Source of the DNA: Squalus acanthias
Taxonomy: Eukaryota
Length of the DNA stretch: 64,000 nt
Direction of reading: 5' to 3'
Assembly (NCBI GenBank): GCA_030390025.1
Contig: CM059431.1
Location: 98,334,001-98,398,000 of the forward strand
Made by a program: the position numbers and the translations under genes. The notes under the pieces are model-generated. The model made no database searches. It was not told where the DNA came from and worked only from the letters and a program-made list of their open reading frames with translations. Positions 51,331 to 61,719 of the stretch are shown here, piece after piece (within the stretch, counting starts at the first letter, position 1; each line of letters begins with the position of its first letter).

Positions 51331-52694
51331 GTTATGATGCAGTGAAAGAAGAGGTTTCGAAAACCTCTGCACTCTCTGATCTGGGGTTTACAACAAGAAC
51401 ATCAGCTCCCATTTCTGTCCTTACAAAGAGATGTTTCACAGATGCTCACATCTAGCCCTAAGCACCCATCGTTATGTCACTGATTTTGTAACTTCCGACA
51501 ATCCTGAACCAGCGTGTGTTCTTGGACCATGGTACAAACGGTGGTAGAGCTGCCCCATATTTTGAAGATTCTTGGGAACCCCACGCAATTTCTCCCAGTC
51601 TCCCTGTGCTCTCAGCACCCAACTGAGTCACATTTATGACCTAATTGTCCGGTTCAGTTACCCTAATTGACAATACCTTGTACACAGGGGAAATACTATT
51701 ATCGTTTGTTTCTTGGACCAACAGAGACATGAAGTAGTTCACGGATGGGTAGCATGGAAGGTCTTCAAAGCAATCTAAAATGGGTGACTTGCCTACAAAG
51801 GGTAATTTCCCCAGACAAAATTACCCAACACAGCATGGTGTGGAAGCCAATCCTGAGGATCAGTTGACACATTACGTAAGAAGACATCAGTCTTGATAAG
51901 ACAGTGGGAGCCCAGCCTGGCTACTGCTCACAGGACCAGTAATTCTTGGAGCCTCCGGGCTTTGGTGAGTCAGCGGAGACCTTGGACACTGGTCAGATAC
52001 AATTGGCCCATTTCCAGTATTGCAGGAATGGAATCTGTCTATTTGGGGAGCATTCAGCATTTCAAACTATCTTTTCCTATCTCATGTTTTTTTTAAATTA
52101 ACTGTAGCTCAAGTTCATGCAACAGGACAGAATTTTGTAAGTTTCCATTCATTGACTCCGACAATGGAATGTTGCATGTTCCCGGGAGTTGAAAGGGACT
52201 TTGAAATATATGGAACAAGCTCACTGTTGGTGACGGTATGAAGAGAATGGCCACATTATATGAGACACGATGTTAAAAGACTTGTTACTGAATATTTGAT
52301 TATATATGAGTGGAGAGTAAAGAAAAGGGTTTTGTGTTAAGAGGACAGAGGCACCATTTGTTTGAACTTAAAAGTTTAGGATGAACTTTAAGAGGCGTAT
52401 TGATATGGTTGAGGTAATTGAGCTAATTTTCTATTAGTGGATTGAGGTACTGTGTTGGTGTCTGTCCCAATTTAATTGGGATGGGGAACTGAATGTGTTC
52501 ATTTCCTTCTTGTGTCTAGTGATGGGACTGGTAAGTCACGCAAGACAACGTGGCACAGTCCTGGCATTGTACTTGCTCTGGGGATACGATGCACTTGAAC
52601 AGGAGATTGTCATCTGCTGCATACCAGCTTCTCTCTTACTTGAAATGGTTTTTTTGACTTTTATCAGATACAGAAAAGCAAGTACTGTCATGTA

Positions 52695-53082
52695 GAAGAT
52701 TAAGGGGTGAACTAATTGAGGTGTTTAAGATGATTAAAGGAGTTGATGGGGTAGAGAGAGAGAAACTATTTCCTCTGGTGGGGGGAGTCCAGAACAAGGG
52801 GGCAGAACCTTAAAATTAGAGCCAGGCCGTTCAGGGGATGTCAGGAAGCACTTTTTCACACAAAGGGTGGTGGAAATCTGGAACTCTCTCCCCCAGAAAG
52901 CTGTTGAGGCTGGGGGTCAATTGAAAATTTCTAAACTGAGATTGATAGATTTTTGTTAGGTAAAAAGGCATTAAGGGTTACGGAACCAAGGCGGGTAGAT
53001 GGAGTTAAGATACAGATCAGCCATGACCTCATTGAATGGCGGAACAGGCTCAAGGGGCTGAATGGCCTCCTCCTGTTCCTAT
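52695..53082 (+). mobile_element. CR1 3' fragment
   Basis: GAAGATTAAGGGGTGAACTAATTGAGG...CCTCCTCCTGTTCCTAT. Confidence 0.9.
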
Positions 53083-53116
53083 ATAAACCAAGTCATAGAA
53101 AGAGTGAAAAACAGGA

Positions 53117-53815
53117 AATAAGAACATAAGAAATAGGAGCAGGAGTCGGCCATTCAGCCCCTCGAGCCTGCTCCACCATTCAATAAGATCATGGGTGATC
53201 ATCGACCTCAACTCCACTTTCCTGCACTATCCCCATATCCTTTAGTTCCCTTAATATTCAAAAATCTATTGATCCCTGTCTTGAATATACTCAATGACTG
53301 AGTCTCCACAGCCCTCTGGGGTAGAGAATTCCACAAAGATTCACCACCCTCTGAGTGAAGAAATTTCTCCTCATCTCAGTCCTAAATGGCCGACCCCTTA
53401 TTCTGAGACTGTGACCCCTGGTTCTAGACTCCCCAGCCAGGGGAAACATCCTCCCTGCATCTACCCTGTCAAGCCCTGTAAGAATTTTGTATGTTTCAAT
53501 GAGATCACCTCTCATTCTTCTAAACTCTAGAGAGTAGAGGCCTAGTCTACTCAATCTCTCCTCATAGGACAATCCCCCCATCCCAGGAACCAATATGGTG
53601 AACCTTCATTGCACTCCCTCTATGGCAAGTATATCCTTCCTTAGATAAGGAGACCAAAACTGTACACAATACTCCAGGTGTGGTCTCACCAGGGCCCTAT
53701 ATAATTGCAGTAAGACATCTTTACTCTTATACTCAAATCCTCTTGTAATAAAGGCCAACATACCATTTGCTTTCCTAATTGCTTGTTGTTCCTGCATGTT
53801 AACTTTCAGTGACTC
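53117..53815 (-). mobile_element. CR1 3' fragment, closely similar to the 3' end of the element at 12700-18001
   Basis: ORFs 53606-53797 and 53291-53593 (-) nearly match ORF 17159-17707. Confidence 0.93.
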
Positions 53816-55219
53816 AGAAAAGATGATAGTGGAGCATGATTCTTCCCATCTCTCACTGAAACCCCCTCTCTCCTTTTCTTCCTCTCTGTCATTTCCGGCA
53901 GACTCCTCCTAGTTTGATTAAGACTGTGTGCGGTTGATGGTCTGAAGATCTTTTATATCCTGTAAGATAAATCAAGCTGCTTGTGGTATTCTTGGCTAAC
54001 CTTTCCTAGTTTAGGTGTCTTTCCTCTTCTCTGCTCTTGTATCAAAGAATGTTAATGTGTTCTGCTGCTGTGGTTTGGAACCTAGATCGAAACTTCCAAG
54101 TTGTCACTTAAAAGACATCAGCCATCCCCAAACTCTCTGGCTTATGGCCCAAGGAAGAAGGAACTCACTACAGCCAAGTCCTGGGGTCTGTTACAGGACT
54201 AGAACTGATCATATATGAAGTTGTAGGTTAATTTCTCAAGCAAAAGATAATCAACATCCATGTGAATGGAAAATGGAAAAGCGATTTGAGCGAAATCAGA
54301 ACTAAAACCGGCAGAAGTTACGATGCAGGTTTTTAATCCGCAGGAATTCTTCCATTTCGGTTTTGAAATCAATGCTTCATTTTGACCAAGTGTGTCCCCC
54401 TCTCGTCCTGGAGACACACACCTGCGATTGAACCTGTCCTGCTCTGACTGCCGCTTTTCAGATACTAAGGTTTGGATGAGAGTTAGGGTTAGGACAAAGA
54501 TTTAAGGTAATTGGCAAAAAATCCAGAAGGGAGATGAGGAGATTTTTTTTTACGCTGCGAGTTGCTGTGATCTGGAATGCGCTACCTGAAAGGGCGGTGG
54601 AAGCAGATTCAATAGTAACTTTCAAAAGGGAATTGGATAAATACTTGAAAAGGAAAATTTCCAGGCTGCTGATCTGTAACGCAAGTTTTACACCCAGCGC
54701 CACGTTGAATATCTCCCTCAATTTCCTCATCCAATAGACAGCCTCTCCCCCAGGACTGTACAGGTACTGGTGGCAGGGTAGGTCACGGAGCTAAGCTTGC
54801 AGTGGGTCTTGAACCTACACCCTTCTGACTGAGGATCAAGGGGCTGAATGGCCTGCTCCTGGCCCTATATGTGAAAGCAACCACATTGCAAGTTATTTAT
54901 AGCAGTCAGCTACTGGAGAATGATCCATACCACAGTCTTTTAAGTACTTGGCCGTCAAAAGGCACATAAAATGACAGCATGAGTCCTCTCCAGTTTGTAG
55001 GCAGAAAACCCCAGCATAAAATAGCTCATTGCTTAATTGCATCCAAGTGCGCTCTGAATACTCTACAATTTACTGGCCTAGAAATGGTGTAGCAACAGAC
55101 ACGAACAGGGAGCAGGGAACGATCCCGGACCAGAACAGAGACTCCCGGAATAGAAAGAAAAGAAAGAACTTGCATTTCTACAGCGCCTTTCACAACCTCA
55201 GGACCCAAAGCGCCACACA

Positions 55220-56162
55220 CTGATTTAGACTTTGGAATCAAAAACGCAATTTCTAAATTTGCAGATGACACCAAATTGGGGGGATAGTCAATACTGAGGA
55301 GGACTGCAACAAATTGCAAGAAGACATGAATAAACTTGCAGAATGGGCATATAATTGGCAAATTAAGTTCAACACAGATAAATGTGAGGTATTACATTTT
55401 GGTAAGAAAAATAGGGAGTTCACATATTACTTGGAAAATAAGAATCTAAATGGGGTAGAGGAACAAAGGGATCTCGTTGTACAAATACACAAATCACTAA
55501 AAGTAGTGACACAGGTTAACAAGGCCATTAAAAAAAAGCAAACCAAGCACTAGGGTTTATTTCTAGAGGGATAGAATTGAGGAGTAGTGAAGTTAAGCTA
55601 AACCTGTATCGAACCTTGGTTAGACCACACTTGGAGTACTGCGTACAATTCTGGTCGCCATATTATAAAAAGGATATAGAGGCACTGGAGAGGGTGCAGA
55701 GAAGATTTACAAGGATGATACCAGAAATGCGAGGGTATACCTATCAGGAAAGGATGAACAGGCTGGGTCTGTTTTCCCTTGAAAAGAGAAGGCTGAGGGG
55801 TGACCTAATAGAGGTTTTTAAAATCATGAAAGGTTTTGATGGAGTGGATACAGAGAGAGTATTTCCACTTGTGGGGAAGAGCAAAACTAGAGGCCATCAA
55901 TATAAGATAGTCACCAAGAAATCCAATAGGGAATTCAGAAGAAATTTCTTTACCCAGAGAGTGGTGATAATGTGGAACTCGCTACCACAGGGAGTGGTTG
56001 AAGCGAATAGTATAGATGCATTTAAGGGCGATTAGATAAGCATATGAGGGAGAAGGGAATAGAAGGTTATGCTGATAGAGTTAGATGAGGAAAGACGGGA
56101 GGGGGCTCGAGTGGAGCATAAACACCGAATGGCCTGTTTCTGAGCCGTATATCCTATGTACA
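55220..56162 (+). mobile_element. CR1 3' fragment nested in a minus-strand SINE A (55150-55215 + 56170-56360)
   Basis: KFADDTKLG, KCEVLHFG, LVRPHLEYCVQFWSPY, WNSLP. The SINE tail and body resume on either side. Confidence 0.92.
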
Positions 56163-56491
56163 TCCAATTAAGTACTGTCACTGTTGTAATGTAGGAAACG
56201 CAGCAGCCAATTTGTGCACAGCAAGATCCCACAAACAGCAATGAGATAAATGTTTTAGTGATGTTGGTTGAGGGATAAATATTGGCCCAAGACACTGGGG
56301 AGAACTCCCCTGCTCTTTTTTGAATAGTGCTGTGAGAGGGCAGACGGGGCCTCGGTTTAGTGAGGCGAGAGGCGACACCTTCTTTCAATGATATTGACAG
56401 ATCTCTCACACAGAGGGGGCTTTCAGGCCAATGAATGCTCGACCTTACGATTAGAGTGTGGTGTAAACTCTAAATCGGCATTAGGGTAGAA

Positions 56492-56905
56492 ATTTTTTTT
56501 CATTCGTTCATGGGATGTGGGTGTCACTGGCAAGGCCAGCATTTATTGCCCATCCCTAATTGCCCTTGAGAAGGTGGTGGTGAGCCGCCTTCTTGAACCA
56601 TAGAGGGCAGTTAAGAGTCAACCACATTGCTGTGGGTCTGGAGTCACCTATAGGCCAGACCGGGTAAGGACGGTAGATTTCCTTCCCTAAGAAAAGGACA
56701 TTAGTGAACCAGATGGGTTTTTACAATAATCCAGTAGCTTTATGGTCATCATTACTGACACTAGCTTTTTATCCCAGATTTATTTAATTAACTGAATTTA
56801 AATTCCCCAACTGCCGTGGTGGGATTTGAGCTTGTGTCTCTGGATTATGAGTCCAGTAACATAACCACTACGCTACCGTACTCCTGCATTATGCTACCGT
56901 ACTCC
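56492..56905 (-). mobile_element. SINE family B, full length (tRNA-like head, LINE-derived tail)
   Basis: Minus strand: GGTAGCGTAGTGGTTA (A box), GCTCAAATCCC (B-box-like), body, GGTTCAAGAAGGCGGCTCACCACCACCTTCTCAAGGGCAA...poly(A). Confidence 0.85.
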
Positions 56906-57885
56906 TAAATAAAGCTAAGGCCGTGATAACTATCGTTAAAATACAAAGCAGTGTCTGGACAATGTTTCTGCTGTTCTTGGAAGCCACGGTGAGCTCATCC
57001 AGTTCCACACTCTGTGCCAAAAACACATTGGAAATGACTGAAGTGTGTACACTCGGGGTCGTCAACTAGGGTTGGACGTATTCCTGGAGGTTTCATCACA
57101 TGACCTCCCACCTCCAACACTCCCGCCAACTTCACCCAACACGACCATCCCCGCGGCAACCCTCCTTCCCACAGCCAATTGGAAAGCCAACAGACTCTTT
57201 GTTACCTGATTGGACGATTCTAGACTGTCAGTCAAACGGCCTTTTTAATCTGCCGCACTGCTGTCACTCTGAGCAGGTCCCAGGCAGAATGTTGAATTCT
57301 TAAAGCTGAAATTTTATCAGCCAACACACATAGCAGGAAGGAGGCTGGCCACAGGAGCCTGAGAACGGTCTCACTGCCAAGTCCTTGGTTTCAGAGTTTG
57401 GTAAAACCACAAACCCTTCATAAACTGTTTCACATGTTTGCAATGAGAAGACTTAGAGGCCAGTTACACTAGTCACAGCTTCCAAAAAAGAAAGAAATGC
57501 TTTGCATTGACTCAGGAACCAGAGGAGACCTCAGTTCCCAGGCACAGTGGGGCAAGAAGCCTCACCACCACCTTCTCAAGGGCAACAAAGGAATGGAAAT
57601 AAATGCCGGCCTTGCCAGTGACGCCCACATCCTGAGAATGAACATTAAAAAAATGACCTGAAAGATAACCCCCAGTGTTTCGCTGCCGGTTTGTGTTGAA
57701 TTGAATGAGCGACGGGCACCAATTGGAAGATTCTCTCTGGACTTTTCCCCAGGAGCCTCCCAGAGGTGTGTGTGCCTGAGAGGAGAGAGGTGCACCCAGG
57801 GTCATTGACCAACCTGGGCACCTTCTCACGGCTCACTCCCTGGTATGGTCTTGCACTGGGATTGAGGGGGACGGAAACAGCAGCA

Positions 57886-58668
57886 TAATGCCGCGGAATC
57901 TTTAGCGTCTATCCGAGAGGGCAGACCGTGCCTCGACTTAACGTCACAGCCGAAAGACGGCACCTCCGACAGAGCAGCGCTCCCTCAGTGCTGCATCTCC
58001 GACAGTGCAGCGCTCCCTCAGTGCTGCATCTCCGACAGTGCAGCGCTCCCTCAGTACTGCCCCTCCGACAGTGCAGCGCTCCCTCAGTACTGCCCCTCCG
58101 ACAGTGCAACACTACCTCAGTACTGCCCCTCCCACAGTGCGGCACTCCCTCAGTACTGCCCCTCCGACAGTGCAGTGCTCCCTCAGTACTCTCCCTCCGA
58201 CAGTGCTGCGCTCCCTCAGTACTGCCCCTCCGACCATGCGGCACTCCCTCAGTACTGTCCCTCCGACAGTGCGGCGTTCCCTCAGTACTGTCCCTCCGAC
58301 AGTGCAGCACTCCCTCAGTACTGTCCCTCCGACAGTGCGGCGTTCCCTCAGTACTGCCCCTCCGACAGTGCAACGCTCCCTCAGTACTGCCCCTCCGACA
58401 GTGCAGCACTCCCTCAGTACTGCCCCTCCGACAGTGCAACGCTCCCTCAGTACTGCCCCTCCGACAGTACGGCACTCCCTCAGTACTGCCCCTCCGACAG
58501 TGCGGCGCTCTCTCAGTAATCCGAGAGAAGAAGAGCAGGGGGAGTTCTCCCCAGCGTTCTGGGGCCAATATTTATCACTCAACCAACGTCACTAAAACAT
58601 GATCTGGTCATTATCACATTGCTGTTTGTGGGAGCTTGCTGTGCGTAGATTGGCTGCCGCGTTTCCCT
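57886..58668. mobile_element. SINE family A with 5' inversion; 33-bp array 57963-58518 (about 17 units)
   Basis: 57886-58518 is in minus orientation and 58527-58668 in plus orientation; the break points are adjacent in the intact element. Confidence 0.85.
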
Positions 58669-59020
58669 GTAGTTCAACCTAATTTCTGCCGATCCTTATT
58701 CTGAGATTGGGAGCCATGGTGTCCCACAGTATCCAGCATCATAGCAGCAATGGCATTTTCAGAGAGTGTAGACAGGAGTTTGTGGCTCGTTAGAAATAAT
58801 TGAATGGGGGAGACAGGGAAAGGCAGAGATAGAGAACAGAACCTTTCCCAGTGTGAATTAGTTCACCCTATTTTGAGGTCCCGAAGCTCTCGAGTGTTAA
58901 TGTCTGTGATTGTTCTGACATTAGCCCCGGTCATTGCCGTGCCTGAACTGGGAGCGGTGTTGGAATATGAAGGGTGTGTGTGTGTGTGAAGGACCAGAGT
59001 TTCAGAGATGTTCGTGCATC

Positions 59021-59039
59021 TGCTGCCCTCTAGTGCAGA
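59021..59039 (-). promoter_or_regulatory. Candidate CTCF site
   Basis: Minus strand TCTGCACTAGAGGGCAGCA. Motif match only. Confidence 0.4.
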
Positions 59040-59082
59040 CCCCAAAAAATACACATACAGGACACTAAAGAAAAGAAAGAAC

Positions 59083-59445
59083 TGGGGCCAATCTTTATCC
59101 CTCGACCCACATCACTAAAAACAGATTATCTGGTCATTATCTCATTGCTGTGTGTGGGAGCTTGCTGTCCACAAATTGGCTGCCGCGTTTCCTACATTAC
59201 AACAGCGACTACACCTCAAAAGTACTTCATCGGCTTGGGACGTCCTATGGCCATGAAAGGCGTCTGCTTCTCCGCCTCTCTCTCCTTTAAGTCGCTCCTT
59301 GAAACCCACCCCTTTGACTAAGCTTTCGGTCACCCTCCTACTCTCGCCTTCTTTGGCTCGACGCCCATTTTTGCCTGATAATCGCTCCTGTGCAGCCCCT
59401 TGGGATGTTTTACTACGATAAAGGCGCTATATAAATGCAAGCTGT
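59083..59445 (+). mobile_element. SINE A 3' half (59083-59260) followed by an L2 tail (59265-59445)
   Basis: Family A body, then CTCTCTCCTTTAAG...AAAGGCGCTATATAAATGCAAG. Confidence 0.82.
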
Positions 59446-59800
59446 GGTCGCCATTGGGAAGCCTCTGAGAGCAGGTGCACCGCGATTCTCAGTTGGAGGC
59501 TGGTGTGGGAGGCAGGCAATCCGAACTGAGGGAAAACTGACTAAAAAACGAAGGAGGTGAGGGGGTGACGAGGAACTGCATCTGTAGCAGTGCACACAGA
59601 CCATAACCAGTGACATTTGATTACAACAAATGCAGTTGCAACAAAGCTACCATTGAGAGAGTCTGTGTCCTACTCCTGGCTGAATTGTGATAGATGACAG
59701 TCCTTCACGAGAACAGCATCATTCTAACAATCAGCCATGTATAATGACAGTGTGGCCTCCCTCTGTTGCTCTCCTGCTGAGGGAGGTGTAAAGACACTTC

Positions 59801-59880
59801 AGAAAATGTTGGAAATACTCAGCAGGTCAGGCAGCATCTGTGGAGAGAGAAACAGAGTTAACGTTTCAGGTCCATGAGCT
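59801..59880 (-). mobile_element. Penelope-like element terminal relic
   Basis: AGAAAATGTTGGAAATACTCAGCAGGTCAGGCAGCATCTGTGGAGAGAGAAACAGAGTTAACGTTTCAGGTC, recalled as a chondrichthyan Penelope-like terminus. Not verified. Confidence 0.55.
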
Positions 59881-60096
59881 TCTTGCCTCCATGCCTCTCA
59901 TTCCCTTTTCCTCTCTACTTCTCTCCCCTTTCCCATTCTTCCTGATTCCGTGCTCTTCCCAACTCCCTCGTTCAATCCCCTCTAACTCATTCTCCCCCTT
60001 CACCTCCCCCGACACGTCCCCTAGGTTTTGCCTCCTTGTCATCGACCAGTAGGTGAACCGTAAGCTTTTAAATTGATGGCGTTGAGCTGGAGGGAG

Positions 60097-60709
60097 TGAA
60101 TCATAGAATGGTTACAGCAGGGAAGGAGGCCATTCGGCCCATCGAGCCCATGCCGGCCCATCGAGCCCCCGCCCTTTCCCCCTATCCCTGCAAATTTCTT
60201 TCCTTCAGATACTTATCCAACTCCCTTTTGAAAGCCGTGATTGAGTCTGCCTCCACTACCCTTTCAGGCAGTGCATTCCAGATCTTAACCACTCGCTGCG
60301 TAAAACAGTTTTTCCTCATGTTGCCTTTGGTTCTTTTGCCAATCACCTTAAATCTGTGTCCTCCTCCTTCACTATGTCTATGGCAGCATCCTCTTCCTTG
60401 GTGAAGACAGATGTAAAGTACTCGTTTAGTACCTCAGCCATACCCTCTGCCTCCATGCATAGGTCTCCTTTTTGGTCCCTAATCGGCCCCACCCCTCCTC
60501 TTACTACCCTTTTACTATTTATATACCTATAGAAGACTTTTGAATTACCTTTTATGTTGGCTGCCATTCTATTCTCATACCCTCTCTTTGCCCCTCTTAT
60601 TTTCTTTTTCACTTCTCCTCTGAACTTTCTATATTTAGCCTGATTCTCAGATGTATTCTCGACCTGACATCTATCATACGCGCTCTTTTTCTGTTTCATC
60701 TTACTCTCT
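60097..60709 (-). mobile_element. CR1 fragment (ORF2 linker fused to 3' end); continues at 63943-64000 beyond the Harbinger insertion
   Basis: ORF 60343-60855 (-): IKGNSKVFYRYINSKR...MAEVLNEYFTSVFTKE. CR1 UTR and tail at 60097-60360. Confidence 0.9.
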
Positions 60710-61237
60710 GGGCTCGATTTTGCCAGGCCCGAGGAGGCGGGATTGGAGGCGTGTGAGGTGTTAAAGTCACAAAAAATGGCGGGCGGGCCCAATCCCGCCT
60801 CCATCCCGCCTCCGAGCAATTTTCCCAGAATCGGGGTTTCAGACCTCGTTTCCATCCCACCTCCAAGAGGCAGGATAGGCCCTTAAGGCCCTTAACAACC
60901 AGTTAAGTGCCTCTATAATCCCATTTTGAGAGGCCTTTATGACTTTTAGACTTTTCCCCAATCCTACACGCCTCCTCTGGAACACGCCAGGTAATCCTGG
61001 CGGCCTCACAAGTGGATTGCTTACTAACAGCTGCAGCTCCACCATTAAAAAGGAGCTTTCAGCAATCATCATTTGCAGGTGGCAGAACTTTGTCGTCTCA
61101 GGTCTGAGGGAACTTTCAGCAGGCCTACTCATTGTTGTGGAAGTTTGGAGCTTGACACCCATCTCCAGTGTGACCTCCTGGGAAACCCCTCTCCACCTTG
61201 ACTGAGCGCTTCCTCAACTGAGGCATATACCAGAAGC

Positions 61238-61461
61238 ATGGGAACCATTTATTTCCTTTCCTCCTGGACATCAGATTCGGATGAAGACCAGCCGCAGCAG
61301 TAGAACCATGAGCAACAGCACCACCAACAGCAGCAGCAATAACAGGAGCGCCAAGCTGCTGCTCACCCACCTGAAGCTGCACAGGCCAGAAGGCGCCAGC
61401 GCGTGACCACATTGCTGCCCGGGATGCAAGGGACGCACTCATGTTGGCCAGATTTGCTTAG
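61238..61461 (+). pseudogene. Remnant of Harbinger transposase: N-terminus joined to C-terminus, DDE core absent
   Basis: ATG-GTIYFLSSWTSDSDEDQPQQ*NHEQQHHQQQQQ*QERQ...ARRRQR, then a frame change to HIAARDARDALMLARFA*, resembling HARBI1-like C-termini. AATAAA at 61681. Confidence 0.6.
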
Positions 61462-61719
61462 CCTGCACAATCAAACACTTTTGCCTCGCACCTTCTTACC
61501 ACAGCATCGACAATGGACAAGAACATGCGGATTCCTATCACTCTGACCACCATACTGACAATTGCAAGTCGCCCTAAGCCCTCAATGTGGAAATCCAATT
61601 TGCGAAATGACACAGGCCACAACATCAACAGTTTGCCATCAGAATTTTTTATCACAACAAGCAACTGATAGCATTTCAAAAATAAACACAACATAACACC
61701 CAAGTGACTACCCTTATGA

